From contig OZ374558.1 of the NCBI GenBank assembly GCA_977862235.1, positions 1 through 64,000 of the forward strand: 64,000 bases of DNA, in the 5' to 3' direction. This stretch comes from Dudresnaya verticillata. Taxonomy: Eukaryota. A program made the translations under genes and the position numbers. A model generated the notes under the pieces. The model saw nothing but the letters and a program-made list of their open reading frames with translations. It made no database searches and was not told where the DNA came from. Below, one piece after another: positions 30,442 to 41,500 of the stretch; position 1 is the stretch's first letter, and the number at the start of each line of letters is the position of its first letter.

Positions 30442-33400
30442 ATGGATGCCACACCGCAGCGCCTTGCCCTTCGCCAAGCTATCGACGACAATGCCGACGT
30501 CGACGACATGGTTGCACTCGCATTTGCGTACTGGGACGCTTCAGATGGAGGACCCGTTCTGCCTTCGCGAGCCGTCGCCTTGCTCGAGCGAGCGATTGAT
30601 GAGGGCGACCATGACGAAGCGCGGCATGGCCTTGCACTGTTGCTGAGGGAAGGTGCCGCGGGAGTGCCCAAGGATGAGCGCCGCGCCGCGGAGCTGGTCG
30701 AGCGCGCCAACGCGCGAGATCCGCGCGGGGATGCGCTGTTCGATCTCGGGCAGCGTCTCCGTATCGGATTGGGCTATTTTGTCAAAGACACAAAGCGCGC
30801 GGCAGCGCTGTGCGAACGAGCCGTTGCAGAGTTTGCGAATGTGGACGCAATGCTCAATTTGGGCGCTCTCCTCGCAACCGGTGACGGCGTCGCCAAAGAC
30901 GCTCCGCGCGCCGCTGCGCTGTTCGACCGCGCCATCGCGGAGGGCGAAGATGTCTTCGCAATGGTCAATTTGGGCCTTCTCCTCGCAGCCGGCGACGGCG
31001 TCGCCAAAGACGCTCCGCGCGCCGCTGCGCTGTACGAACGAGCCGTTGCAGAGTTTGCGAATGTGACCGCAATGGTCTATTTGGGCCTTCTCCTCGCAAA
31101 TGGCGACGGCGTCGCCAAAGACGCTCCGCGCGCCGCTGCGCTGTACGACCGCGCCATCGCGGAGGGCGAAGATGTCGACGCAATGATCAATTTGGGCCTT
31201 CTCCTCTCAGCCGGCGACGGCGTCGCCAAAGACGCTCCGCGCGCCGCTGCGCTGTTCGAACGAGCCGTTGCAGAGTTTGCGAATGTGATCGCAATGGTCT
31301 ATTTGGGCGTTCTCCTCGCAGACGGCGACGGCGTCGCCAAAGACGCTCCGCGCGCCGCTGCGCTGTACGACCGCGCCATCGCGGAGGGCGAAAATGTCTT
31401 CGCAATGGTCAATTTGGGCCTTCTCCTCGCACACGGCGACGGCGTCCCCAAAGACGCTCCGCGCGCGGCAGCGCTGTACGAACGAGCCGTTGCAGAGTTT
31501 GCGAATGTGGAGGCAATGGTCAATTTGGGCAATCTCCTCCGACGCGGCGACGGCGTCGCCAAAGACGCTCCGCGCGCCGCTGCGCTGTACGACCGCGCCA
31601 TCGCGGAGGGCGAAGATGTCGACGCAATGGCCAATTTGGGCCAATTGCTGCTGAGAGGCGAAATCGATGTTCCGCGAGACGTTCCGCGCGGCGTCGAACT
31701 GCTCCAACGCGCCTGCGACAGCCGTCACGAGAGGGCCCCACTTTGGATGGTTCGGTTGGGCCGAGCGCTTTTGTCCAATCATATCGGAGACGCGCGCGAT
31801 CCGCCGCGCGCGAAGAACCTCTTCCAACGCTCAATCGAACTCCATCGCACCCGCGTCGCACTCCATGAGCTCGCCACATTGCTTGGCCGCGGAGATGTCG
31901 GTGTTGCTCGCGATGAGCGCGCAGCAGCCCAACTGCATCAACAAGCAGCGCATCAACAGCTAACGCCTCTTGAGCTTGAAGGCTTCAGCGGCCGGTCGCA
32001 ATACCTTGTCAACCGCATCGGTGACACCAGCACACTTGTTGAAAACACCCTCAAGACCGCCACAGCAAAGCCACGGCAGTGCTTTCTTCTTGTTCTTGGC
32101 GGTTCGGCACGCGGCAAGACAAGCACGGTAAGGAGCCTGCGCTCCATGCCCTTCGTTGCCACCCACCAGCCGACACACTTTGTGTCGCTGAGTCGCACTC
32201 TTGTCGTCCCGGACGGCCCCAAGTTGGACGATGACATCGTCGACCAACTCGCCTTCAACAGTGAGGCCTTCCATGCCCTCATGTCACGGTCAGGTATTCC
32301 AGTGTTACCCACGCCAACGGAACGACCAACGTCATCTACAGCAAGTGCATCCGATGCCGGCTCCTTTCGAGCTGGATCGGCGCTTCTCCCAACTGCAACT
32401 GATGCATCATCGCGGCCGAGTGAAAAATCCACCGCAAGATTGCAGCTTAAACCCCCCACTTCGCTCAACCGAGCTCCTCCGACCAAGAGGACCGTTCCCC
32501 AGAGTGGACCTCCGACCAAGAGGACCGTTCCCCAGAGTGGAGACACATTGGCAAGCAGCCATACCACTGCTCAACAACCACCAGCTCCGCCCAGTATTGC
32601 TGCTTCGCAGTCTATAAACTCCCAAGCGTCTCCCATTTGGGAAGCAGCACGGCAAGGGCTCATGAGTGAAGGATTACCTGCGGATAATCGAGCTGCGTTG
32701 GTGCAATGCTGGGACCTTGGGGGTCAGGCAGAGTACCTCAGTGTTCCCGCAATCTTCATCCGCCGCGCTTCCATTTTTGTTTTCGTGGTAGACCTGAAAA
32801 GGTTTGCGTCAGAAGTCACCCAAGAGGACGAAGTGTTGGAACTATGCAACTGGATGCAAATGGCACATACGTCTTCGCAAACCCCGAAAAACGTTTGGGT
32901 GATCCTGGTGGGAACCAGGAAGGCAGAAGTTGAAAGCCCTGAAGACTTGTTTCAGCAGCTGCGACAAAAACTGCGAAAGCATCTTGGAAGGGCTGTCTAC
33001 AATGATTGGGTACGTGAGAAGGGCGATGTCGACAAATACAAGTGTCGGTGGGTTGCCATCGAGAACAAGAACAGCAGTGCTGAACAAGACCGTGCCGGGT
33101 CAGGCGTTGTGGAACTAGAGAAGTTTATCAAGGAAGCAAGTGAAGACATTCTGGACGGAAGGGAACGAGTTCCAGTTCGATGGGCTGCCCTCAGGGAAGC
33201 CATTTGGTCACACGCCACTGAAAGCCAAAAGGTCTTTCTGGAAATGACAGAAGTTCAGAGCCATGCTGCCAGACTTCCCGGATTCTCTAGTGACAAGGAG
33301 GAGAGAGAAGCCGACGTTGAGAAATGCGTCCAATTCCAGAGTCAGCAGGGCCATATCGTAGAAGTGCAGACGGGCGAGGGATGGTTCGTGTTCCCAGATC

Positions 33401-34821
33401 CAACAGTTATTCTGGACTTTATTCGGCAGGTCACGGGCCCGGCTGAGTTTATGCGAGAAAGACTGGGTGAAGAAGAAGCGAAAGAGTTTGAAAGGACTTT
33501 ACAGACTCTGGGAAAGCATGAAGCAGACGGTTATCGGAATGGGTTGATACCCCGTGAAGGACTGGAGGTACTGTGGTGTAAATACCCATCGGCTGTTCGA
33601 AAAGTCATGCTTGACATTCTTTGTCAATTTGACATCATCATGCGCCTTCAGGCTGTGGAAGGAGCGGACGGTGAACAGAACGAGCTAATCGGGATACCTT
33701 CATTGCTGCCAAAGGGTTGGGAAGGGTTCTCGTGTGACACAAAGGACGGAGAGAGTGAACTAATTTTGCGAACAGAGTTTGTTGATACCATTCCGCCAAG
33801 TCTGACAGGGTCACTGATCGCGTACCTTCACCGAACCATTGGAAGAGAGCGGACAAAACCGCCCGAGCTTCGTCAAGATGCCGTCATCCTGGCCCTTGCG
33901 GGAGCATGCAGAGTCGTGGTTCGCTTTATTCCAGAAAAGAGATGGATCGACTGGACTATAAGGGCGGATGCCGATGAAGCAGTGCAGGTTGCGCACCAGT
34001 GTTTGCGGGGCATGGAAAGTTTTTTGAAGGGACCACTGCATGGGACCAATGCAAGCTGGAAAGACTATCTGATCACCGACTGCCCTAAGGAATTGCGCGG
34101 GGGGTGTGGAAGTTCCAGTAGCGTGCAGTTGGGTATCCGTCGGAGTTGGGTAACAAGTACGCAGTGCCAGCCACTGGACCCAGCGGAAGGCACTTGCGTT
34201 TGCGAGCAGCTTTGGACTTTCAAGCGATTGAAGCCGCACATCCTCAAAGGAGCAAGTGCGGGCTCAGGTCCGCGTCCTGTTGACGTGCGACTAGCTGCAA
34301 GACCTTTCGATGTATTTATCAGCCACGCAGGGCCAGATAAGGAGTCGCTTGCATACCCGCTGCGCAGTGCGTTGATGGAGAAGGGCTTGCGTTGTTTTCT
34401 GGATGAAGAGAGTCTGAGGGTTTCCACGCAAACAACTGATGAACGGATCTGGGCAGCAGTCCGGGGCAGCAAAGCTGCCGTCTTCATCCTGTCATCGTCG
34501 TTTGTCTCTCGCAAGTGGCCGCTGTTGGAGCTTTCAAAATTTCTCAAGCGCAAACAAGGATCACCGCGCCTTGTGCTGTTCCCGCTGTTCTACAAACTCG
34601 AGTACGGAGATTGTAAGGACAAACAGCTTCCGTTCGACGACCGATTTTGGCGAGAGTTTAAAGAGAATCGCTTCTTTGAACGCGAGTTCGGGAAAGAGTC
34701 GAAGGTAATGGACACAGTTGCAGCGGTGACGAAATATACTGGTGCTCGGAACGATAGAGGAGAATCGGAAAATGAGTTCGCCAAGAGAGCTGCACATATG
34801 TTGTTCGAGGCTCTTAAGTAA
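30442..34821 (+). CDS. Sel1-repeat / Roc GTPase-COR / TIR protein, copy 1 (1459 aa from the first ATG)
   Basis: Sel1-like 37-aa repeats (AMVNLGLLL..GDGVAKDAPRAAALYERA); P-loop GGSARGKTS, G3 WDLGGQ, G4-like VGTRK; COR-like region; TIR FDVFISHAG..CFLDE..KWPLLEL..PLFY. TATA-like CATAAATA at ~30339. The ATG is shared by all four paralogs. Confidence 0.9.
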   Translation: MDATPQRLALRQAIDDNADVDDMVALAFAYWDASDGGPVLPSRAVALLERAIDEGDHDEARHGLALLLREGAAGVPKDERRAAELVERANARDPRGDALFDLGQRLRIGLGYFVKDTKRAAALCERAVAEFANVDAMLNLGALLATGDGVAKDAPRAAALFDRAIAEGEDVFAMVNLGLLLAAGDGVAKDAPRAAALYERAVAEFANVTAMVYLGLLLANGDGVAKDAPRAAALYDRAIAEGEDVDAMINLGLLLSAGDGVAKDAPRAAALFERAVAEFANVIAMVYLGVLLADGDGVAKDAPRAAALYDRAIAEGENVFAMVNLGLLLAHGDGVPKDAPRAAALYERAVAEFANVEAMVNLGNLLRRGDGVAKDAPRAAALYDRAIAEGEDVDAMANLGQLLLRGEIDVPRDVPRGVELLQRACDSRHERAPLWMVRLGRALLSNHIGDARDPPRAKNLFQRSIELHRTRVALHELATLLGRGDVGVARDERAAAQLHQQAAHQQLTPLELEGFSGRSQYLVNRIGDTSTLVENTLKTATAKPRQCFLLVLGGSARGKTSTVRSLRSMPFVATHQPTHFVSLSRTLVVPDGPKLDDDIVDQLAFNSEAFHALMSRSGIPVLPTPTERPTSSTASASDAGSFRAGSALLPTATDASSRPSEKSTARLQLKPPTSLNRAPPTKRTVPQSGPPTKRTVPQSGDTLASSHTTAQQPPAPPSIAASQSINSQASPIWEAARQGLMSEGLPADNRAALVQCWDLGGQAEYLSVPAIFIRRASIFVFVVDLKRFASEVTQEDEVLELCNWMQMAHTSSQTPKNVWVILVGTRKAEVESPEDLFQQLRQKLRKHLGRAVYNDWVREKGDVDKYKCRWVAIENKNSSAEQDRAGSGVVELEKFIKEASEDILDGRERVPVRWAALREAIWSHATESQKVFLEMTEVQSHAARLPGFSSDKEEREADVEKCVQFQSQQGHIVEVQTGEGWFVFPDPTVILDFIRQVTGPAEFMRERLGEEEAKEFERTLQTLGKHEADGYRNGLIPREGLEVLWCKYPSAVRKVMLDILCQFDIIMRLQAVEGADGEQNELIGIPSLLPKGWEGFSCDTKDGESELILRTEFVDTIPPSLTGSLIAYLHRTIGRERTKPPELRQDAVILALAGACRVVVRFIPEKRWIDWTIRADADEAVQVAHQCLRGMESFLKGPLHGTNASWKDYLITDCPKELRGGCGSSSSVQLGIRRSWVTSTQCQPLDPAEGTCVCEQLWTFKRLKPHILKGASAGSGPRPVDVRLAARPFDVFISHAGPDKESLAYPLRSALMEKGLRCFLDEESLRVSTQTTDERIWAAVRGSKAAVFILSSSFVSRKWPLLELSKFLKRKQGSPRLVLFPLFYKLEYGDCKDKQLPFDDRFWREFKENRFFEREFGKESKVMDTVAAVTKYTGARNDRGESENEFAKRAAHMLFEALK

Positions 34822-35949
34822 ATTATGTCCGGCCACCCCTCGTTGTCTGTTACATCGCTACCTGGACTGCCACGAGATACCTTTTTTGCTTCCTCTTTCT
34901 CTCTGGCCAAAGCTTTTCGAGCTCCAAAGTGCCAGAATATTGGCGCTTGCTTCTGATAGCAGGTCATTGCGAACAATACCCTCGGGGTTTATGGAGGGGG
35001 TAAACGTCACTTTACGAAAGCATGAAGCTTGAGTTTATGGATGATCAATATATAAACTAGTTTGGACACGTCCCACTACACTACACACTACCTGTATGTC
35101 ACTATTATTTTTAATACAACTTGTTGTACTTAACTAATAATAGTTATTAGACTTCAAAAAAGTAGGCTGTCTGGACGTAGTTGAGCTAAGGAAACGAATT
35201 TGGTTACTCGGGAAAATGCCGATATGGCGACCATTAATTTACGGGACCCGGGGACGAAGGAGAGGAGACGAAAAGTGTAGTAAGTGCGTGTGCTCTGCAG
35301 ATTGAAAGCAACCATGTGGCAATATTGTGACCTGGATATAACGCAGCTCTGAAGCCCCGGTTTCTATTTCGTCCTCGTCAATTCACATCAAACTAAAGCC
35401 CAGCGACTTTTGTCGAGATCATCTAAAAAGGCGAAGAATGTGAAGAAGGGCTGCTGGGCAAGGAAGGAGACCGGGGTTTTTCGTTTTACAATCTGCAGAA
35501 CACAAAGCTGTTTGTTCAACGATTGCAGGTGCGCTTGCTGTCTAGATGCCAGGCGCAGGGACTTGCATCACTTTTGAGAACGGTAACTGTCATCATATCA
35601 CACATCCACACACATTTTCTCTCTCTCACTTGCTCTTTTCCCTTGTCAGTGCAAGTCGTATGCCAAGAAATGTTCCATGGCCACATTATGGTCACTCCAA
35701 GATGGTTTGCGGAATAGTTGCTCTTGGCGGTGGGCCGAGTGCACAAGCAGAAAAGAGAGTACGGATAGAGACCAGTTTTGAAAGCAAAGGAATGACAGTT
35801 GCGATGCCGCCGAGGCCGAGATTTCTGCCATAACAGATTTCATATTCATAACGAGCATTACCATAACACTGCTACACGGCTGCATCTCAATCTCCGGCCC
35901 TTGTGCCCTCGCCGACTCTTCGTCCGACGCCGGCTGCCGCGCAAAGGCC

Positions 35950-37507
35950 CGCTTTGTATCCCCGGGTTACCCACCTTAACGTTCCTCATCCCCGGGGTCA
36001 ACCCCTTCTGCAACGGGATCTCAATCGCCGTGTCCGCGTCGCTCGTCTCGTGGTATTGCGCGAGAGCCCACTTGACGTACAAAAGAAACTCCTCCCAGTC
36101 CACCACCCCGTCCTTGTCCATTTCTATCCCGCCCAGCACCTGTTTGGTGTCCTTGCAAGGCAGCACCCAAAGTACGGAGCGAGGAACCCGAGGTAGAACG
36201 AGTCAAAGTCCTGCGCCCCGTCCTGCTTCCGCGCCTGCTTCGACTCCCAAACGTCCCACGCCACCTTGCAGACATCCGCAATCGCCTTATGGTTGTGAGC
36301 GTTCTGAATCTGCACGCGAGCAACTGCCTCGCTCATCTTCCCCGTCACCTTCCCCCCGCACCCGCCGAACAACACCGTCAGTCCCATCGCGCTCTGGTAC
36401 TCCAACTTCCGTCCGGCAATCAGGTCCACTAGCATCTGCACCATCATCTTCTGCGCCAATCCCTCTTTAAAATTCGCGTCGTCACCAAGCAAGTACTTGA
36501 GCCTGTTCACGACCATGTTCGGCGACGCTAGCGTTGTCATCCGGTTCGTCTCGCGCTCCCCGAAAAGCTCTGCCATATTGAAGCCGCCCCCGCCATACCG
36601 CCCGAGTCAAACACAAAGTCCAGCGCTGGCTCTCTGTACACGCACTGCTTGGGGTTGCGGGTCCATCAGCGTCGTCAGCCGTGTAACCTCGATCGCTTCC
36701 TTCGGAAACTCCTGGTACCGGTACTGGGACAGCACCTTCTTATTCCCCAGCCGTACAAGTTCATCAACGCCACCGTCAAGCACGCGTGCCCATCGCCACA
36801 CCCTCCACGTACAGTCTGCTCCACATCCCGTCGCAACCTGCTGCCAAACACTCCAGCGCTTTTGTCGTCTGCAACTCCCACTTCTCGTGGATATGCGCCA
36901 GCAGTTTCCCGTCCTTCCATCCGCACGCATCCATCATCCCGCGCACCGCCCGCGTGTACAAGACCATCTATTCTGGCACCATGTCCCCGCCGGGGTCTTC
37001 GAATACTGAACAAAGACTAGCGCAAACAGACGCTTTTCATTCGGGAGCTTCGAAAGCAACTCTATAATCTTCAACAACCGCTCCGGGGTTGCCTCTAGAG
37101 CCGTCAGCATGTCACGAAGGTCAGCACCAATCGTCCTTTCTGGTCGATGTTCTCGTAAACCCAAGACATCCTGTCCAGAAGTAGCTGGCACATATGCTCG
37201 TATAACGCAGCTCTGAAGCCCCGGTTTCTATTGCACCCTCGTCAATTCGCATCGAATTTGAGCTCGGTGACTTTTCTCGAGGTCGTTTACAGAGGTGAAG
37301 AAGGGCTGCTGCGCGTTCCTCAGGAAGGAAACCGGAGCTGTCCTTTTCTAATCTGCAGAACACAAGGCTGTTTGTTGAACGCTTGAGATCGTAGGCGACG
37401 GGGCTATCCGAAGAAAAAGATGGGGGTATAAATCGGCCGCCTCTCACGGCCTTGGCAAAAGTGCGCGGGTGACCGTTCCTGAGCAAAGCGCTAGAAACGT
37501 CTACCAT
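35950..37507 (-). pseudogene. HMGL-like/DRE-TIM-barrel + EF-hand protein pseudogene, copy A
   Basis: Frameshifted pieces LLAHIHEKWEL..ALECLAAGCDGMW..EG.AMG (HxH metal site, G..G motif), followed by EF-hand-like DFDSFY and DKDGVVDWEEF. Confidence 0.65.
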
Positions 37508-38543
37508 CCGGCAATGCAGTTATGGTTGCTATAGACTCGTAAAGAGCCTGTGGTACAACAAGCGGTGTATACATTATGGCATCTGCTGAAACGGCATGGA
37601 TGGCGGATTTATTGTTTTCGTGATTTTCTCGGTTTCAAGTCTGCGACAGGAGGCGAACGGTGAAGAAGGTGGAAGACCAGGTCGATGGATTACGCGATGA
37701 GGCGGAGTCTGGCCTCGGAGAAATGCGGGTGCTTCAGAGGACGGAACGGCCGGGCTCGGATGCCCAGCAGATCCAGGGCGAGGCCGGAGATTGGCTTTGG
37801 GGAGGCGTACTGCGCTCTCTGCCTTGCGCCACTTTAAAAAGCATTCAATGGGGCAGAGTTTGTTCTAAGAGCGGTTGACTGCTTTCGCCATTGCGGTGAC
37901 TGCCTTCGCAATGGCGAAAGTGGTGGTGCTGTTGTTGCTGTTGTTGCTGTGGCAGTTGCGAGTTCCGGGACCATCGGGGCGTGTACAGGATTCACTCGGG
38001 CCATCGCTTGGCCCTACTTTCCTTGCGCCGCCTTTTCTTCTCGACTACGCCTCGCGCATCCCTACGAACGGCGGGGTGCACAAATATCGCGCGCTTACGC
38101 TATTGCTGAAGCAATACAAAGGGCTTGCTCGCAAGTCTAAGCATACTCCGTTGGTGGCCTATTGCTACTTGGGCCATATCGCGATATTCTTTTGCATCGC
38201 GCTGAATAAAGTGCATCTCTCTCTCTCTCTCGCCTTCTCCGCTTTCAAGCGCTGTTGATCAATCGCCGTCGGCTTGCGCTTCAGGTACGTCCTTGGTCCT
38301 TGAGTGGACGGGGCGACCTAGTTAGTGCCCTTCGAATCCGACCATAAAGGTCCCCATCTCTCTTACTGTTGGATGCACTCCGATAGATAATAGGCACAAT
38401 TGCACGATTCTCGGCGCATGTACAACGTGCAGGGGCCCTCAAATTCATGCGCTCCAGCGGCCACAGGCCCGAAGTGTAGCTTGCGCTTAGGGCTCGCATA
38501 AAGCGACGGCGCCGGCCGTACGTTTTTTATCAGAACGTTGTGG

Positions 38544-41500
38544 CAATAAAGGGATGGTATTTGGATCAGTAGCAAGTTGGCAGTAGCAGCGGTATCAGAG
38601 GAACAGTAGATTTACAGAACAGAGTAGATCAGATTGTGTTGTGTAGATAAAATGTTGTCCTGTTGAGAGGGTAGAACAAGAGAGAAGTAGGCGGTACTTA
38701 TAGGCAGGCGAAGACTGCCTCTAAAATGTAAAACGACCGTTGACTAAAGTTAGAAGAAAGTGCTCACTGAGAACCATTGTGAATACAACTACATCAAACA
38801 TAAACATGGTTCGTCAGCATGAATACGACCGTAGAATAGTATCTGCAGTATTAATACGACTGTAGATCCATTTCATCAGTATGCATACGACTGTAGAATG
38901 ATTGCATCAGTATGCATACGACCGTAGGACAATTAATGTTTTCATTCTCCTCCCGCTTTCTTAGCTGAGTCTAACCAGTGAACTGGTTTGAGTTGCGAAA
39001 GAGATTATCTGTGAAGTTCATGCTGAGCTCTCCAGAAAACATTGTCAGCTGTAAGGGTTGAACAAGCGGGCTGTTAGCCTTAGTGAGTGGATCTGCAAGG
39101 TTGGTCTTGCCAGGAATCCAGATGATGCGATTCACTTTGTGCGTCTCAAACTCATATCGAATGACGCTGACATCTGCCCGAATAGAGCGATCAATGGAGT
39201 TGCGGCAGGTTGATAAAGTCTCATATAAATCCTTGGAGTCAAGAGCGACCATCAGGTCAACTTCAACGTCGAGAAGCGTCTTGTAGGCACTAACCAGAAC
39301 TTTGCCTTCATCGATTGCTTCACCAGACGCTAGTATTTCCGCAGCTCCAATAGATTTGACTGGTCTCTTTGACTTGTGTGAACACCATGAAAGTGTATGG
39401 AATATAGAACCCATTTCGAAGTCACCGATAAGTAGACCTGATATGAAACCAAGCTGGCCATAGTCAGAACTGCGACTAGCGTCTGCAAACATCAGAACGG
39501 ATAGAGGGTACTCTTTCTTATCTGCTGGTCGCTTGTACATGATGGTACTTCCAAGTTTTTGCAGCAGTCTCAAAGAGTTGATTTGAGAGATCATATCGTG
39601 TACAGTGGTTTGAGGTACCTTCTGCTGTAAATGACTGGCATAGAAGGCACAGAATGGCGACGCGGCAATTCCAAGCCATCCAATCGAGCTGTTAACTGAT
39701 CGGAAGGAACTAGTTTCGACAGCATTTAGAACTTCATCTCCTTGCTTTCTTCTTTGTCGATCAATGGGGTAGCAGTTTAAGTTTTCCAACTTTTCATCAG
39801 CTTGTATCCTTATAGAGCATTCATCATCTTGAGCAATGTGGAGGCCAAAGAAAAGGAACGAGCCCGGACCGTAAACAATTGTCCCGAGCTCATACCGCTC
39901 CTGTATCTTTCCAATAGTTGACCGAACAGTTGACTGGTCACCAGCAAAGAGTACATCGTCCACAATTTTGACAGCAACGAGTTGCAATGAACCAATTGCG
40001 TCCTTCTTGTAAAACAACTGTGGAACATAAACGAGTTGGCGGAGACCGATCGATGTTAAGAAATTGTCACTTTGTTCCTGCCACTTAGCATTGGCGTTCA
40101 CAAGACCATATGCTGCAGTCAGCAACAACCAATAGTGCTGCTTGTCGTCGCTTTCTCGTGGCGGAACGACATAGACGTCTCGCTTTGCTTCTCCTGTTTG
40201 CAGAAACGCGCTCTTAAAATCGATCTTGGCCAAGAACCACTTGAACTGAGCAGCGAGGGACAGCAAAATGCGAATACCAGTTGGCGGACAGGTTGAAGAG
40301 TCTGTTTTCAACTGAAAGCGTTCTTTGTCCTTGTTACCATGTGGCGCTATGCGTGCTTTCATTTTCATCGAGCCATCATCATTGTTCTTAACTTTGTATA
40401 TCACATGGCTTGTGATGACATTTGCATGCTTTGGGATATCAGAAGCATGGACCATCTTGACTGTTTTCTTAAAGGCCTCTTCTTCTTTTTTGTAAGCATT
40501 TAACAATGGAAACGTTGGTAGCCCTTGAGCCTGGTAGCGCATAAAATCTTTGTGACCGAAGGCAAGAGTATACGACCCAAGAACCTCTTGCAGAGAACTT
40601 GTGAGCGTTTGATCTGATATTTGTAGGTTGTTGGTTGCTATTGCTTCATCCGAGCTATAGCGCCAGGTCTCATCCGATAACTTGAGACATTCTTTGTCAC
40701 CATCATTGTAATCAATGTTGTACTGGTTGTCATCTTCGTTAATTGATGCCACTTTTCCAGTGTAGAACATATCGTCGAGGGGCCAATATACATCAATGAC
40801 GTCACCAACGTCGGGGTGTGAGCTGAGAATATCTCCGTCATCGTTTTCGTATCCAACCTCCTCTATAGTGGTAGTCTCAAGCTCTTCATTTGATGCCACA
40901 TCTTCTTTAGAACAGAGCTCATCAATGCTGTCATCCAGACTTTTGGAGAGAGCATCAATTGCTTCTTGGATGGAACTGCCTAGTGTATCCACAGGTAGGG
41001 CAGGACGGACATCTTCAACAGCTGCTTGGACTTGGCGTCCACGTTTTCCAGGAACTGAAATGGTTCCAGACGTTTTATCGAACGATAAAATCACCTTCGG
41101 AGATGACCACTTGCCGCGCTTGGCATTTTGTTCTTTGATATAAACTTGTACGGTATCTCCAACATTGAATGGTATATCAGCAGTTGACTTGGAGTGAAGG
41201 ATGCGGGTTAATTTTCGCTTAGCCATGAGGTCATCGTGGGCCTTGGAAATTTCTTCAGGAACTTGTGCAGGAAATTCTCCGGATGTTATAGGTCTCGTAT
41301 AGCCTTTCGCCAACTCATGAGCAGAAAATACGTCATTTCCGTACAGATCATTTGATATTCGTAGTGCCTGCTGCACTAGGAGTCTTTGGTGCTCAGCAGA
41401 GTCATTTGTACATCCTTCTTTCAGGCGTAGGTAGACATCTCGAATAACTCTGTGCTTAGATTCAATGACATTTTTGTTGTGGCGACGCGGAGGTATAGGG

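Noticed and set aside
30330..32655. Many overlapping alternative-frame and antisense ORFs over the Sel1 genes (likewise in the other copies)
   Set aside because: Shadows of GC-rich repetitive coding sequence.
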